Of a DNA stretch of 64,000 nt, positions 11,261 through 21,561 are shown one piece after another. The position numbers and the translations under genes were made by a program. The notes beneath the pieces were generated by a model. It saw nothing but the letters and a program-made list of their open reading frames with translations, made no database searches and was not told the DNA's origin. Every line of letters begins with the position of its first letter. Positions within the stretch are counted from its first letter, which is position 1. Source of the stretch: an uncultured Mycobacterium sp. (GTDB lineage Bacteria > Actinomycetota > Actinomycetes > Mycobacteriales > Mycobacteriaceae); NCBI GenBank assembly GCA_964447215.1, contig CAYURT010000004.1:37498-101497 (forward strand), given 5' to 3'.

Positions 11261-12688
11261 ATGGACGTCACCGTCGTCGGCAGCGGCCCCAACGGGCTGT
11301 CCGCGGCGGTCATCTGCGCCCGCGCCGGCCTGAAAGTCCAGGTCCTGGAAGCCCAGCCGAGCCTGGGCGGTGGTGCCCGAACCCTGCCCGACCCGGAGTT
11401 CGGCGGGGTGCGGCACGACATCTGTTCGGCGATCCATCCCCTCGCGCTGGCCTCGCCGTTCTTCGCCGAGTTCGATCTGCGGGCCCGCGGGGTGGAGTTG
11501 GCGGTGCCGGAGATCTCCTACGCCAATCCGCTGCCGGGCCGTCCTGCCGTGCTGGCCTACCGGGACCTGAAGCGCACCTGCGCCGGCCTAGAGGATGGTG
11601 ACTCCTGGCGCAAGCTGCTGGGGCCGCTGACCGACCGTGGCACGCAGGTGGTCGACGTTCTCATCGGTGATCGCCGTTCGGTGCCGGGCAGCCTGACAGC
11701 GGCGGCCCTGCTGGCGCCCCGGATGCTCGCGCAGGGAACCCCGGCGTGGGGCGCCCTGCGCGGCGAGGACGCCCGGGCGCTGTTCAGCGGCGTCGCCGCC
11801 CACACCATCGCCCCGATGCCCTCCCTGGTGTCGGCCGGGGCCGGGCTGCTGCTGGCGACCCTGGGCCACACCGTGGGATGGCCGGTTCCGGTGGGCGGCA
11901 GCCAGGTCATCGCCGACGCGCTGATCGCCGACCTGCGCGCCCACGGCGGCGAACTGCACACCGGTGTCGAGGTCGACGCGCCACCGACCGGGGTGGTGCT
12001 CTACGACACCGCTCCCACCGCGCTGCTGGGCATCTACGGTGACGCGCTGCCGGAACGCTACGCCGCCGCGTTGCGCCGGTATCGGTACGGTCCGGGTGTG
12101 GCGAAGGTGGATTTTGTTCTGTCCCAGGATGTTCCGTGGTCCGACGAACGGCTGGCCGGGGCGGCGACCCTGCACCTGGGCGGCAACCGCGAGCAGATGG
12201 CTCACGCCGAACGGGAGATCGCGGCCGGGCGGCACGCCGAGTGGCCGATGATCCTGGCCGCCCAGTCCTTCACCGCCGACCCGGGCCGGGTCGACGCGCA
12301 GGGCCGCCGTCCGTTCTGGACCTACGCGCACGTGCCGGCCGGCTCTCCGCTCGACCAGACCGCCGCGATCACCGCGGCGCTGGAACGCTTCGCGCCGGGC
12401 TTCTCTGACATCGTCCTGGCCGCCCGCGCCGTCCCGGCCTCGAAGATGAACGGGCACAACGCCAATTACGTCGGCGGCGATATCGGGGTGGGGGGCAACA
12501 CCCTGACCCACGCCCTGCTCGGCCCCACCCCCCGGGTCGACCCGTGGGCCACCCCGGTTCCCGGGGCCTACCTGTGTTCGTCGGCCACCCCGCCGGGCGG
12601 CGGGGTGCACGGGATGAGCGGCTTCTACGCCGCGCGCACCATGCTCAGGCGCGAGTTCGGGCTGGGGGTGCCGTCGCTGCGGCCGTGA
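11261..12688 (+). CDS. FAD/NAD(P)-dependent oxidoreductase of the phytoene-desaturase/amine-oxidase family (Rv2997-like)
   Basis: A Rossmann dinucleotide motif lies directly after the chosen ATG (MDVTVVGSGPNGLSAAVICARAGLKVQVLE). The ORF track starts earlier, at TTG 11237. Confidence 0.75.
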   Translation: MDVTVVGSGPNGLSAAVICARAGLKVQVLEAQPSLGGGARTLPDPEFGGVRHDICSAIHPLALASPFFAEFDLRARGVELAVPEISYANPLPGRPAVLAYRDLKRTCAGLEDGDSWRKLLGPLTDRGTQVVDVLIGDRRSVPGSLTAAALLAPRMLAQGTPAWGALRGEDARALFSGVAAHTIAPMPSLVSAGAGLLLATLGHTVGWPVPVGGSQVIADALIADLRAHGGELHTGVEVDAPPTGVVLYDTAPTALLGIYGDALPERYAAALRRYRYGPGVAKVDFVLSQDVPWSDERLAGAATLHLGGNREQMAHAEREIAAGRHAEWPMILAAQSFTADPGRVDAQGRRPFWTYAHVPAGSPLDQTAAITAALERFAPGFSDIVLAARAVPASKMNGHNANYVGGDIGVGGNTLTHALLGPTPRVDPWATPVPGAYLCSSATPPGGGVHGMSGFYAARTMLRREFGLGVPSLRP

Positions 12689-12700
12689 ACCGGAGGGCGC

Positions 12701-13216
12701 CTATCCGACCGGCCCGCGGTAGCGCAACCCCGGATCTGCGGTGATCATGTCCTCATAGAGGATCGCCATCCGGTCGATGAACCACAGCTTGGTGCCGGCG
12801 ATCAGCAGCACGCCGACCACTGTCGGCCACACCTGCAGAACGATCAGCCCCCACACCAGGAACGGCAACCCGGCAAGCTGCGCGAGGTTGAGTATGTGCG
12901 GCACGGTCTGGTGCCGTTCGGGCACCGGCACGCGGTCCCGGTTCACCCAAAGCCGCTCACCCAAAACGCCTTTGGTGATCCAGGCGCTGTCGTCGGCGGC
13001 GGGGCCGAAGGCCCGGGGGTTGAGCCAGATCCAGGCCAGCGCGCCGGCGACCGGGATCAGCGACCACCAGCCCAGCCAGATCCGGCTCCACACGGCCAGC
13101 ACCAGAACCGGCAGCGCGGTGACCGCCCGGCTCCACCCGCTCCACGGGTTGGCGTGCCGCGCCCAGCCGGCGTCGTCGAGGCGGAAGACCCGCGCCACCC
13201 GGCGCTCGACGGTCAC
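12701..13216 (-). CDS. Hypothetical integral membrane protein
   Basis: This 171-aa ORF has several Trp-rich hydrophobic stretches (LPVLVLAVWSRIWLGWWSLIPVAGALAWIWL, LPFLVWGLIVLQVWPTVVGVLLIAG). I recognise no family motif. Confidence 0.5.
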   Translation of the reverse strand: MTVERRVARVFRLDDAGWARHANPWSGWSRAVTALPVLVLAVWSRIWLGWWSLIPVAGALAWIWLNPRAFGPAADDSAWITKGVLGERLWVNRDRVPVPERHQTVPHILNLAQLAGLPFLVWGLIVLQVWPTVVGVLLIAGTKLWFIDRMAILYEDMITADPGLRYRGPVG

Positions 13217-13247
13217 CGCCGCACCCCGCCCGCGACCTGCGCGGCCG

Positions 13248-14817
<1,570 letters not shown>

Positions 14818-14818
<1 letters not shown>

Positions 14819-16680
14819 CAGGCCCGGCCCTCCTCGTTGTCCTCGTCGAACAGCGGCCGGATGTTGCGCGCCGCCATGATCTCGTCGTTGCCGGTGCCGG
14901 CGGCGACCATCGGCCACACCTGGGCGTCGGCGCCGACGATGAAGTCGATCACCACCGGCCGGTCGTTGATGGCACGTGCCTGGGCAATGACGTCTGCCAC
15001 ATCTTCTTCACGCTCGCAGCGCAATCCGACACATCCCATCGCCTCGGCCAGCTTGACGAAGTCGGGGATCCGCTGGCTGTGCGTGGACAGGTCGGTGTTG
15101 GAGTAGCGCTCGCCGTAGAACAGCGTCTGCCACTGCCGCACCATGCCCAGGTTGCCGTTGTTGATCAGCGCCACCTTGATCGGCACGCCCTCCACCGCGC
15201 AGGTGGCCAGTTCCTGGTTGGTCATCTGGAAGCAGCCATCGCCGTCGATCGCCCAGACCTCCGCCTCCGGGCAGGCCATCTTGGCGCCCATGGCCGCCGG
15301 GACGGCGTAGCCCATGGTGCCCAGGCCGCCGGAGTTCAGCCAGGTGCGCGGCTTCTCGTAGGAGATGAACTGCGCGGCCCACATCTGGTGCTGGCCCACC
15401 CCGGCGACATAGATGGCGTCCGGCCCGGCGATCCTGCCGAGTTGTTCGATCACGTACTCCGGGCTCAGGCTGCCGTCGGACTGAGGGCCGTAGCTCAGCG
15501 GATAGGTCTCGCGCACGTTGTTCAGGTACGCCCACCACGGCGCGAGATCGGGATCCTCGACGCCCTCGTTGCCGATCCGGTCGTCCCCGCCGGGCCGGCG
15601 GCGCAACGCGTCGATCAGATCCCGCAGCACGGCCTTGATGTCCCCGACGATGGGCACGTCGGCGTGCCGGTTCTTGCCGATCTCGGCGGGGTCGATGTCG
15701 GCGTGGATCACCTTGGCGTCGGGGGCGAAGGTGGACAGCTTGCCGGTCACCCGGTCGTCGAAGCGGGCGCCGAGGGTGATCAGCAGATCGCTCTTCTGCA
15801 GCGCGGCCACCGCTGCCACCGTGCCGTGCATGCCCGGCATGCGCAGGTTCTGCGGGTGGCTGTCGGGAAACGCGCCGCGCGCCATCAACGTGGTGACCAC
15901 CGGGATTCCGGTCAGTTCGGCCAGTTCGGCCAGTTCGGCCGTCGCGTCGCCGCGGATCACCCCGCCGCCGACGTAGAGCACCGGCCGCCGTGCGGTGGGG
16001 ATCAGCCGGGCGGCCTCCTTGATCTGGCGGCCGTGCGGCTTGGTGTTGGGCTTGTATCCGGGCAGTTCGAGCTGCGGCGGCCAGGAGAACGTGCACTCGT
16101 TCTGCAGCACGTCCTTGGGGATGTCGACGAGCACCGCGCCCGGGCGGCCGCTGGCGGCGATGTGGAACGCCTCGGCCAGCGAGCGGGCGATGTCGTCGCC
16201 GTCGCGGACCAGGATGTTGTGCTTGGTGATCGGCATGGTCATGCCGGTGATGTCGGCCTCCTGGAAGGCGTCGGTGCCGATCAGTCCGCGGCCGACCTGA
16301 CCGGTGATCGCGACCACCGGGATGGAGTCCATCTGCGCGTCGGCCAGCGGGGTGACGAGGTTGGTCGCGCCCGGGCCGGAGGTGGCCATCATGACGCCCA
16401 CCCGGCCGGTGGCGTGCGCGTAGCCGCTGGCGGCGTGCCCGGCGCCCTGCTCGTGGCGCACCAGGACGTGGCGCAGCTTGGTGGAGTCGAACAGCGGGTC
16501 GTAGACCGGCAGCACCGCCCCGCCGGGGATGCCGAAGATGATGTCGACCCCCAGTTCCTCCAGCGCGCGGACCACGGCTTCGGCGCCGGTCATGGTCACC
16601 GGGGCCACGCGGGTGCCCGGATGGCTGTCACGGGTGCCGTTGGCCGGCGCTTGCGGTGCTCGGGTGGTCGGAGCGCTCAC
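14818..16680 (-). CDS. ilvB: Acetolactate synthase large subunit
   Basis: The start is GTG at 16680 ([10 protein letters not shown]...), giving 620 aa. It has a ThDP-enzyme N-domain ([23 protein letters not shown]) and a ThDP-binding motif ([15 protein letters not shown]...[10 protein letters not shown]). Confidence 0.95.
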
Positions 16681-16732
16681 TGGTGTCCCTCGGTATCTCG
16701 TTGTCGCTGGGTGTCTCGTCGTTGCCGGGCAA

Positions 16733-16769
16733 GAAAAAACCCCCGTCAGCGCGGATGGCTGTACGAGGG
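16733..16769 (-). terminator. Putative attenuator terminator in the ilvB leader
   Basis: The minus-strand RNA CCCUCGUACAGC-CAUCCGC-GCUGACGGGGG forms an interrupted GC-rich hairpin followed directly by UUUUUU. It lies about 55 nt upstream of the ilvB start. Confidence 0.55.
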
Positions 16770-16789
16770 TTGCGCGTTGGTGTGTGCGG

Positions 16790-16837
16790 CTAGACCCGGC
16801 CGGGCGCGACACCAACGCGCTGGCCTACTACCGTCAT
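16790..16837 (-). CDS. Putative Val-rich leader peptide of the ilvBNC operon ([15 protein letters not shown])
   Basis: This 15-codon ORF has a GAGGAA Shine-Dalgarno-like sequence about 8 nt upstream of its ATG, and 5 of its 15 codons are Val. Its codons overlap one arm (16809-16820) of a perfect 12-bp inverted repeat; the other arm is at 16772-16783. Confidence 0.45.
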   Translation of the reverse strand: MTVVGQRVGVAPGRV

Positions 16838-16917
16838 CCCGCCGTTCCTCACGCGGAGAAGGCTAGTCCGGCACAGGTCAAGCGTCAAATCCCGGCGGCG
16901 GGTGCCATGATGCACAA

Positions 16918-17334
16918 ATGGCCGGATCCCAGGACGCAGCCGCTGACGGTGACCACGCCGACACCCCGGTGGTGATCCGGATATCGCCGATGGCCCACAT
17001 CGCCCCGGTATTTATGGTCGCCGGGCTGATCATGTTCTTTCCGCTGTTCGGACGGTGGAGCGTCGGGTTGCTGGTCGTCCCGATACTGCTTTCGGTGGCG
17101 ATCGAGCGGTTCCGCACGGTCGCCGACCGCGAACGGGTCACCGCCCGGACCCTGACCGCCAGCCGGTCGGTGCCCTGGTCCCATATCGAGGGCCTGCGGT
17201 TCAGCAGGGGCGGATGGGCCCGGGCGCGGTGCAACGACGAATCGGAGATCCTGCTGCCCGCCGTGACGTTCGCGACCCTGCCGGCGCTGACGAAGGCCAG
17301 CGGGGGCAGAGTGCCCAACCCGTTCCAGCGCTGA
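16918..17334 (+). CDS. Small membrane protein with a PH-like domain (Cfp6 / Rv3004-like low-molecular-weight antigen)
   Basis: Two hydrophobic helices (IAPVFMVAGLIMFFPLF, VGLLVVPILLSVAI) are followed by RFRTVADRERVTARTL...VPWSHIEGLRF. Its position matches Rv3004. The start is uncertain; an internal ATG near 16990 is possible. Confidence 0.55.
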   Translation: MAGSQDAAADGDHADTPVVIRISPMAHIAPVFMVAGLIMFFPLFGRWSVGLLVVPILLSVAIERFRTVADRERVTARTLTASRSVPWSHIEGLRFSRGGWARARCNDESEILLPAVTFATLPALTKASGGRVPNPFQR

Positions 17335-17353
17335 CCGGGGTCAGCGCACGCGT

Positions 17354-18208
17354 TCAGCCGAACGGGTTGTTGCCGCGCAGGAAGAGCCAGGCCGCTACTC
17401 CCGCGCCGACCCCGAGCAGCAGCGCCAGCATCGAGCCGACGAACGGGCGGCGTGCCCAGCCGCGCGCGCCGTCAAACCCGTAGCGGCCCGGGCCGGCCAG
17501 GATGATCGCGGCCGCCACCGCGATGAGAACCAGCAGGTACTCCGAGCTCCCCGAGCCCAGGATGGCCAGGCCGCCGTCGCGGCGCTGGGCGTCGATGTCG
17601 GCCAGCGACCCGTTGATCAGGAACGCCAGTGCCGCGGCCGCGGCCACCGGAGTGAACAGGCCCAGGACCAACAGCACCCCGGCGGCGATCTGGACACCGG
17701 CGCCGACGTAGGTCAGCACTCCCGCGTTCTGATAGCCGGCCTCGACCAGCTCGGTCTTGAAGCCGTTGAGCCCCTCCCCGCCCCACCAGCCGAAGGCCTT
17801 CTGAAGGCCGTGGGCGATGAAAACCACCCCGAGCGCCAGGCGCAGCAGCAGCAGCCCCATGTCCTGGGTGCCGCGCCGGCCGGCCGCCTTGACCTCGGCG
17901 TCGACCGCGACGATCTCCACCGGGGCCGGCCCCACCGGCGGCTGGACGTGCGGCGGCTGCACATAAGGCAGCGGTTCGGCGTCGCCGAGCATGCCGTGCA
18001 ATGTCGGCGCGGGCTCGCCGGGCGCCGCGGCGGCCGGGGCCGCCGGGGCCGCACCCATCGGCGGGATGCGGGTGGTCTCGAAGTCCCCGCCGTAGGTCGT
18101 GGTCCCCAGGTCGTCCTCGGGGTCGACCAGCCGCGCCGACGGCGGACGCCCCGCCGCCGCGGGATCCTCGGGTCGCTGCCAGCCGGTATCGGGGTTCTGG
18201 CTCGTCAC
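17354..18208 (-). CDS. DoxX-family membrane protein with a Pro/Ala-rich N-terminal region (Rv3005c-like)
   Basis: The DoxX core is LLLLRLALGVVFIAHGLQKAFGWWGG...GVLLVLGLFTPVAAAAALAF. I chose GTG 18208, giving 284 aa. The longer ORF-track form overlaps lppZ. Confidence 0.8.
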   Translation of the reverse strand: MTSQNPDTGWQRPEDPAAAGRPPSARLVDPEDDLGTTTYGGDFETTRIPPMGAAPAAPAAAAPGEPAPTLHGMLGDAEPLPYVQPPHVQPPVGPAPVEIVAVDAEVKAAGRRGTQDMGLLLLRLALGVVFIAHGLQKAFGWWGGEGLNGFKTELVEAGYQNAGVLTYVGAGVQIAAGVLLVLGLFTPVAAAAALAFLINGSLADIDAQRRDGGLAILGSGSSEYLLVLIAVAAAIILAGPGRYGFDGARGWARRPFVGSMLALLLGVGAGVAAWLFLRGNNPFG

Positions 18209-18320
18209 GCCTGCCAGGGTAAGGGCAATCGCTGCCCAAACCGGGGATTTGACCTGCCCCGGCGGTGGCCGCAACCCGGCGCGTGGCGGGCGGCGCGGTG
18301 CTGTACGTACCCTTGCGGAC

Positions 18321-19430
18321 ATGCGAGGAGGTCGGGTCGTGGCGGCGCTGTGCGCGCTGACGGTCGTCGCCTCGGGGTGCGCCCGGTTCGACGACACGGT
18401 GTCGCAGCCATTCACCACCCCGCCGGAGTACGTGCTCGGGCCGAAGTCGACCCCTCCGCCGCCCCCGCCATTGCCGGCCAAGCCGTTTCCCAAGGAGTGT
18501 CCGGCGCCGGGGGTGATGCAGGGCTGCCTGGAGAGCACCAGCGGGCTGATCATGGGACTCGACGGCAAGACCGCACTGGTGGCTGAGCGCACCACCGGCG
18601 TCGTCAAGGATGTCTCGATCAGCGCCGAGCCCTCGGTCCGGACCGTCATCGACGTCGACCCGGCCGGGGACGGCGGCCTGATGGACATCGTGTTGTCGCC
18701 GACCTACTCCCAGGACCGGCTGATGTACGCCTACATCACCACCCCCACCGACAACCGGGTGATCCGCATCGCCGATGACGACGTCCCCAAGGACCTGCTG
18801 ACCGGAATCCCCAGGGGGGCGACGGGCAACACCGGGTCGCTGCTGTTCACCAGCCCTACCACGCTGGTGGTGCAGACCGGCGACGCCGGCGATCCGGGGC
18901 TGGCCGCCGACCCGAAGTCGCTGGCCGGCAAGGTGATCCGCATCGAGCAGCCGACCACCGTCGACCAGGCGCCGCCGACCACGGCGCTCAGTGGGATGGG
19001 CTCGGGCGGCGGAATGTGCCTGGATCCGGCTGACAAGTCGCTCTACATCACCGACCGCACCCCGGCCGGGGACCGGCTGCAGCGACTGGGCCCGGACGGT
19101 AAGGCGACGACGGTGTGGACCTGGCCGGACCGTCCCGGCGTGGCCGGCTGCGCGGCCCTGGAGGGCACCGTGCTGGTGAACCTGGTCAACACCAAGCAGA
19201 CGGTGGCGGTGCGGCTGGCCGCCGCCTCCGGCGCGGTGACCGACGAACCGGAGGTGGTCCGGGAGGACAAGCACGGCCACGCCTGGGCGCTGGCGGTGTC
19301 GCCGGACGGCAACATCTGGGGCGCGACGGTCAATCGCACCGCCGGGGATGCCCAGCGGCTCGATGACGTGGTCTTCCCGCTGTTCCCGCAGGGCGGCGGC
19401 TTCCCCAGGGCCAACGCCGACGTCACCTAG
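18321..19430 (+). CDS. lppZ: Lipoprotein LppZ-like (soluble sugar dehydrogenase-type beta-propeller)
   Basis: The ATG at 18321 gives a signal peptide with a lipobox (MRGGRVVAALCALTVVASGCARF). Length is 369 aa. Its position is equivalent to Rv3006. Confidence 0.8.
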   Translation: MRGGRVVAALCALTVVASGCARFDDTVSQPFTTPPEYVLGPKSTPPPPPPLPAKPFPKECPAPGVMQGCLESTSGLIMGLDGKTALVAERTTGVVKDVSISAEPSVRTVIDVDPAGDGGLMDIVLSPTYSQDRLMYAYITTPTDNRVIRIADDDVPKDLLTGIPRGATGNTGSLLFTSPTTLVVQTGDAGDPGLAADPKSLAGKVIRIEQPTTVDQAPPTTALSGMGSGGGMCLDPADKSLYITDRTPAGDRLQRLGPDGKATTVWTWPDRPGVAGCAALEGTVLVNLVNTKQTVAVRLAAASGAVTDEPEVVREDKHGHAWALAVSPDGNIWGATVNRTAGDAQRLDDVVFPLFPQGGGFPRANADVT

Positions 19431-19456
19431 AGACCCGATCGTCCCCCCGCCGGTTC

Positions 19457-20308
19457 TCAGCCGCGCCGCAGGACCAGCCCGGGGTCGAAGGTGGCCCGGG
19501 CCGCGACCGAGGCGGCGGCGGCCGAGACCACCAGCGCGGCGGCATCCTCGTAGCCCTTGGGGAACACGATCTCGGCGCTGTCGGGCCCGTCCCGGTGCGC
19601 CATCAGCCAGTCATAGAGCAGCCAGTCCAGCGCGCAGGCCACCGTCATCGGATCGGCGCCGGGAAGACGCGCCGCGGACACCACCGCGTGCAGGGCCTCA
19701 CGGTGCTCCTTGCGAGCCCCCTCCTTGTTCACCCCCGAACTGTCGAACATCATCATCGACAGGGTCAGCGGGAACCGTTGGCCCGCCTCGGTGCGCACCA
19801 CCCAACGGCCGCCCTTCCACGGCGCGTCCGGGTCGACCCGGTGGAACTCCCCGAAGCCCCCCACCACCCCGAGTTCGGGGTCGTCGAGTTCCCCGTCCAA
19901 GGGCGCCGGACCCAGCAGACCCAGCGGCTGGCGGGCCAGGATGGAGAACAGCGCGGCGGTTCCGACGATCTTGCCCGCGCGCAGGTCCGCGGCGGACCCG
20001 GTCTGTTCCAGCGCGGCAGCGTACTCGAAGCACAGCCGGTCCAGCGCCCGGTGCAACTCCAGCAGGTCGTCGCGTTCGGCTTCGCCGGAGGGGCCGCGTC
20101 CGCCGCCCAGGATCTCACCGAAGCGCCCCGCCGCGATGATCAGCGCGTCGTCGAGCGCCTCCAGGTGGGTGGCGATCAGGCGGTCGGCCTCGTCGTCGCC
20201 GACGACGAGCGCCTGCAGCGTGGTCGCCGCTCCCTCGGGGGTGACCCAGTAGAAGCCGATCTGCTCGTCGGTCTGCACGATCCGGGGCCTCACGGTTCCC
20301 TCTTCCAC
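19457..20308 (-). CDS. Hypothetical protein, last gene of the hydrogenase operon
   Basis: This 283-aa acidic ORF has coding-like composition but no motif I recognise. Two starts are possible: ATG 20308 (19-nt overlap with the NHL gene) or GTG 20293 (GTGA overlap with the NHL stop). Confidence 0.6.
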   Translation of the reverse strand: MEEGTVRPRIVQTDEQIGFYWVTPEGAATTLQALVVGDDEADRLIATHLEALDDALIIAAGRFGEILGGGRGPSGEAERDDLLELHRALDRLCFEYAAALEQTGSAADLRAGKIVGTAALFSILARQPLGLLGPAPLDGELDDPELGVVGGFGEFHRVDPDAPWKGGRWVVRTEAGQRFPLTLSMMMFDSSGVNKEGARKEHREALHAVVSAARLPGADPMTVACALDWLLYDWLMAHRDGPDSAEIVFPKGYEDAAALVVSAAAASVAARATFDPGLVLRRG

Positions 20309-21549
20309 AGCACCACCCGGTTGTTGCCGGAGTCCGCCACCGCCAGGGCGTCACCGCGCAGCGAGAGTCCGTAGGGCCAGCACAGCGTGTCGCGCTGGAC
20401 CGAGGTCCAGCGGTTCTCCCCGTTGGAGGCGAAATCGGGCTGCGCGAGTACACAGTCGGCACCCCGGAAGGGCGTGCCGCCATCGGACCAGTCGGCACCC
20501 CGGAAGGGCGTACCGCCATCGGCACAGTCGGCACCCCGGAAGGGCGTGCCGCCCGGCACGTCGTCCCACAGCAGGATCCGGTTGTTGGCGGTGTCGGCCA
20601 CAGCCAGGGTCTGGCCGTCCAGGCATACCGCGTAGGGGAACCGGAACCGGTCGTTGGTGTGCGGACCGTACGGCCACTCTTCGGCGCTGGTGAAATCCGG
20701 TTGACCGAGTACCACGTCGGCTGCCCGGTCACCGGCCGGGTGCGGCGACCAGCCCAGCACCCGGTGGTCCCCGGCGTCGGCGATGAGCAGCAGGTCGCCG
20801 TCGCCGGAGATGTCATGCGGCCAGCGGAAGCTGGCCGGGCCCGCTGGCCCGCCCCGGTTCTCGGCGTGAGATGCCGGATCCGGCTGGCCCAGCAGGATGT
20901 CGGCGGGCTGATCGGGTTCGGGGATGCCGCCGCGCCAGCCCAACACCCGGCGGTTTCCGGTGTCGGCGACCCAGAACACCGAACCGACGATCGCGATGCC
21001 GAAGGGCCAGTAGAGGCCGGTGGCCGAACAGGGGCCGCCACGGTTCGCCTCGACGCTGCCGGCATCGGGCTGTCCGATGACCAGATCGGGCGCCACGTCG
21101 CTGGTCCGCGGCACGCTGTCCCACACCAGGATCCGGTGATGCCAGGCGTCGGCGACGACCAGCCGGCCCTCGTGTACCAGCACCCCGGTGGGCAGGTGCA
21201 TCCCCCGCTCCGGGCCCCGGCCGCCGGCCGCCGGGCCCTCGGTGTGGCCGTCGGGTTGGCCCAGCACCACATCGGCGGGCTGCTCGTCGGAGTCGGGCAG
21301 GGTGTGCCAGATCAGCACCCGGTGGTTGCCGGAGTCGGCCACCACGAGCTGGTCCTCGCCGAGGAAAACCCCGCGCGGGGAGTACATCCACGCCATCGAC
21401 GGTGCGGCGGGCGGCAGTGCCAGGCCGCCGGGTGCGGGGGCGCCCAGCCAGGCCTGCGGTCGCCACCCACCGCTCAGGTCCACCTCCGGGGCGACGTCGG
21501 GCCGGGTGCCGACCCCGCTGATGTTGTGCCGAACCGTGTAGCGGCCCAC
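20290..21549 (-). CDS. Six-bladed NHL-repeat beta-propeller protein (hydrogenase-associated)
   Basis: There are six copies of the blade motif (VVADSGNHRVLIW, VVADAWHHRILVW, WVADTGNRRVLGW, LIADAGDHRVLGW, AVADTANNRILLW, AVADSGNNRVVLW). They are separated by AD-x-(V/L)LGQPD linkers. Confidence 0.8.
   Translation of the reverse strand: MGRYTVRHNISGVGTRPDVAPEVDLSGGWRPQAWLGAPAPGGLALPPAAPSMAWMYSPRGVFLGEDQLVVADSGNHRVLIWHTLPDSDEQPADVVLGQPDGHTEGPAAGGRGPERGMHLPTGVLVHEGRLVVADAWHHRILVWDSVPRTSDVAPDLVIGQPDAGSVEANRGGPCSATGLYWPFGIAIVGSVFWVADTGNRRVLGWRGGIPEPDQPADILLGQPDPASHAENRGGPAGPASFRWPHDISGDGDLLLIADAGDHRVLGWSPHPAGDRAADVVLGQPDFTSAEEWPYGPHTNDRFRFPYAVCLDGQTLAVADTANNRILLWDDVPGGTPFRGADCADGGTPFRGADWSDGGTPFRGADCVLAQPDFASNGENRWTSVQRDTLCWPYGLSLRGDALAVADSGNNRVVLWKREP
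20453..20553 (-). repeat. 36-bp in-frame tandem repeat (2.8 copies) inside the NHL gene
   Basis: The units at 20453-20488, 20489-20524 and 20525-~20553 (CAGTCGGCACCCCGGAAGGGCGTGCCGCCATCGGAC) differ at 1-3 positions. They encode GGTPFRGADCAD / GGTPFRGADWSD / GGTPFRGADC. Confidence 0.9.
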
Positions 21550-21561
21550 GACCGTCGCCGC

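Noticed and set aside
16681-16815. The ORF-track start (16815) giving a 665-aa IlvB.
   Set aside because: The extra 45 residues would be read through the leader hairpins and the U-tract. GTG 16680 (VSAPT...) matches the N-terminus and length expected for mycobacterial IlvB1.
17472-19280. A 602-aa minus-strand ORF across the DoxX/lppZ region.
   Set aside because: It overlaps both better-supported genes in alternative frames. It has a low-complexity Arg/Gly/Pro composition and no motifs.
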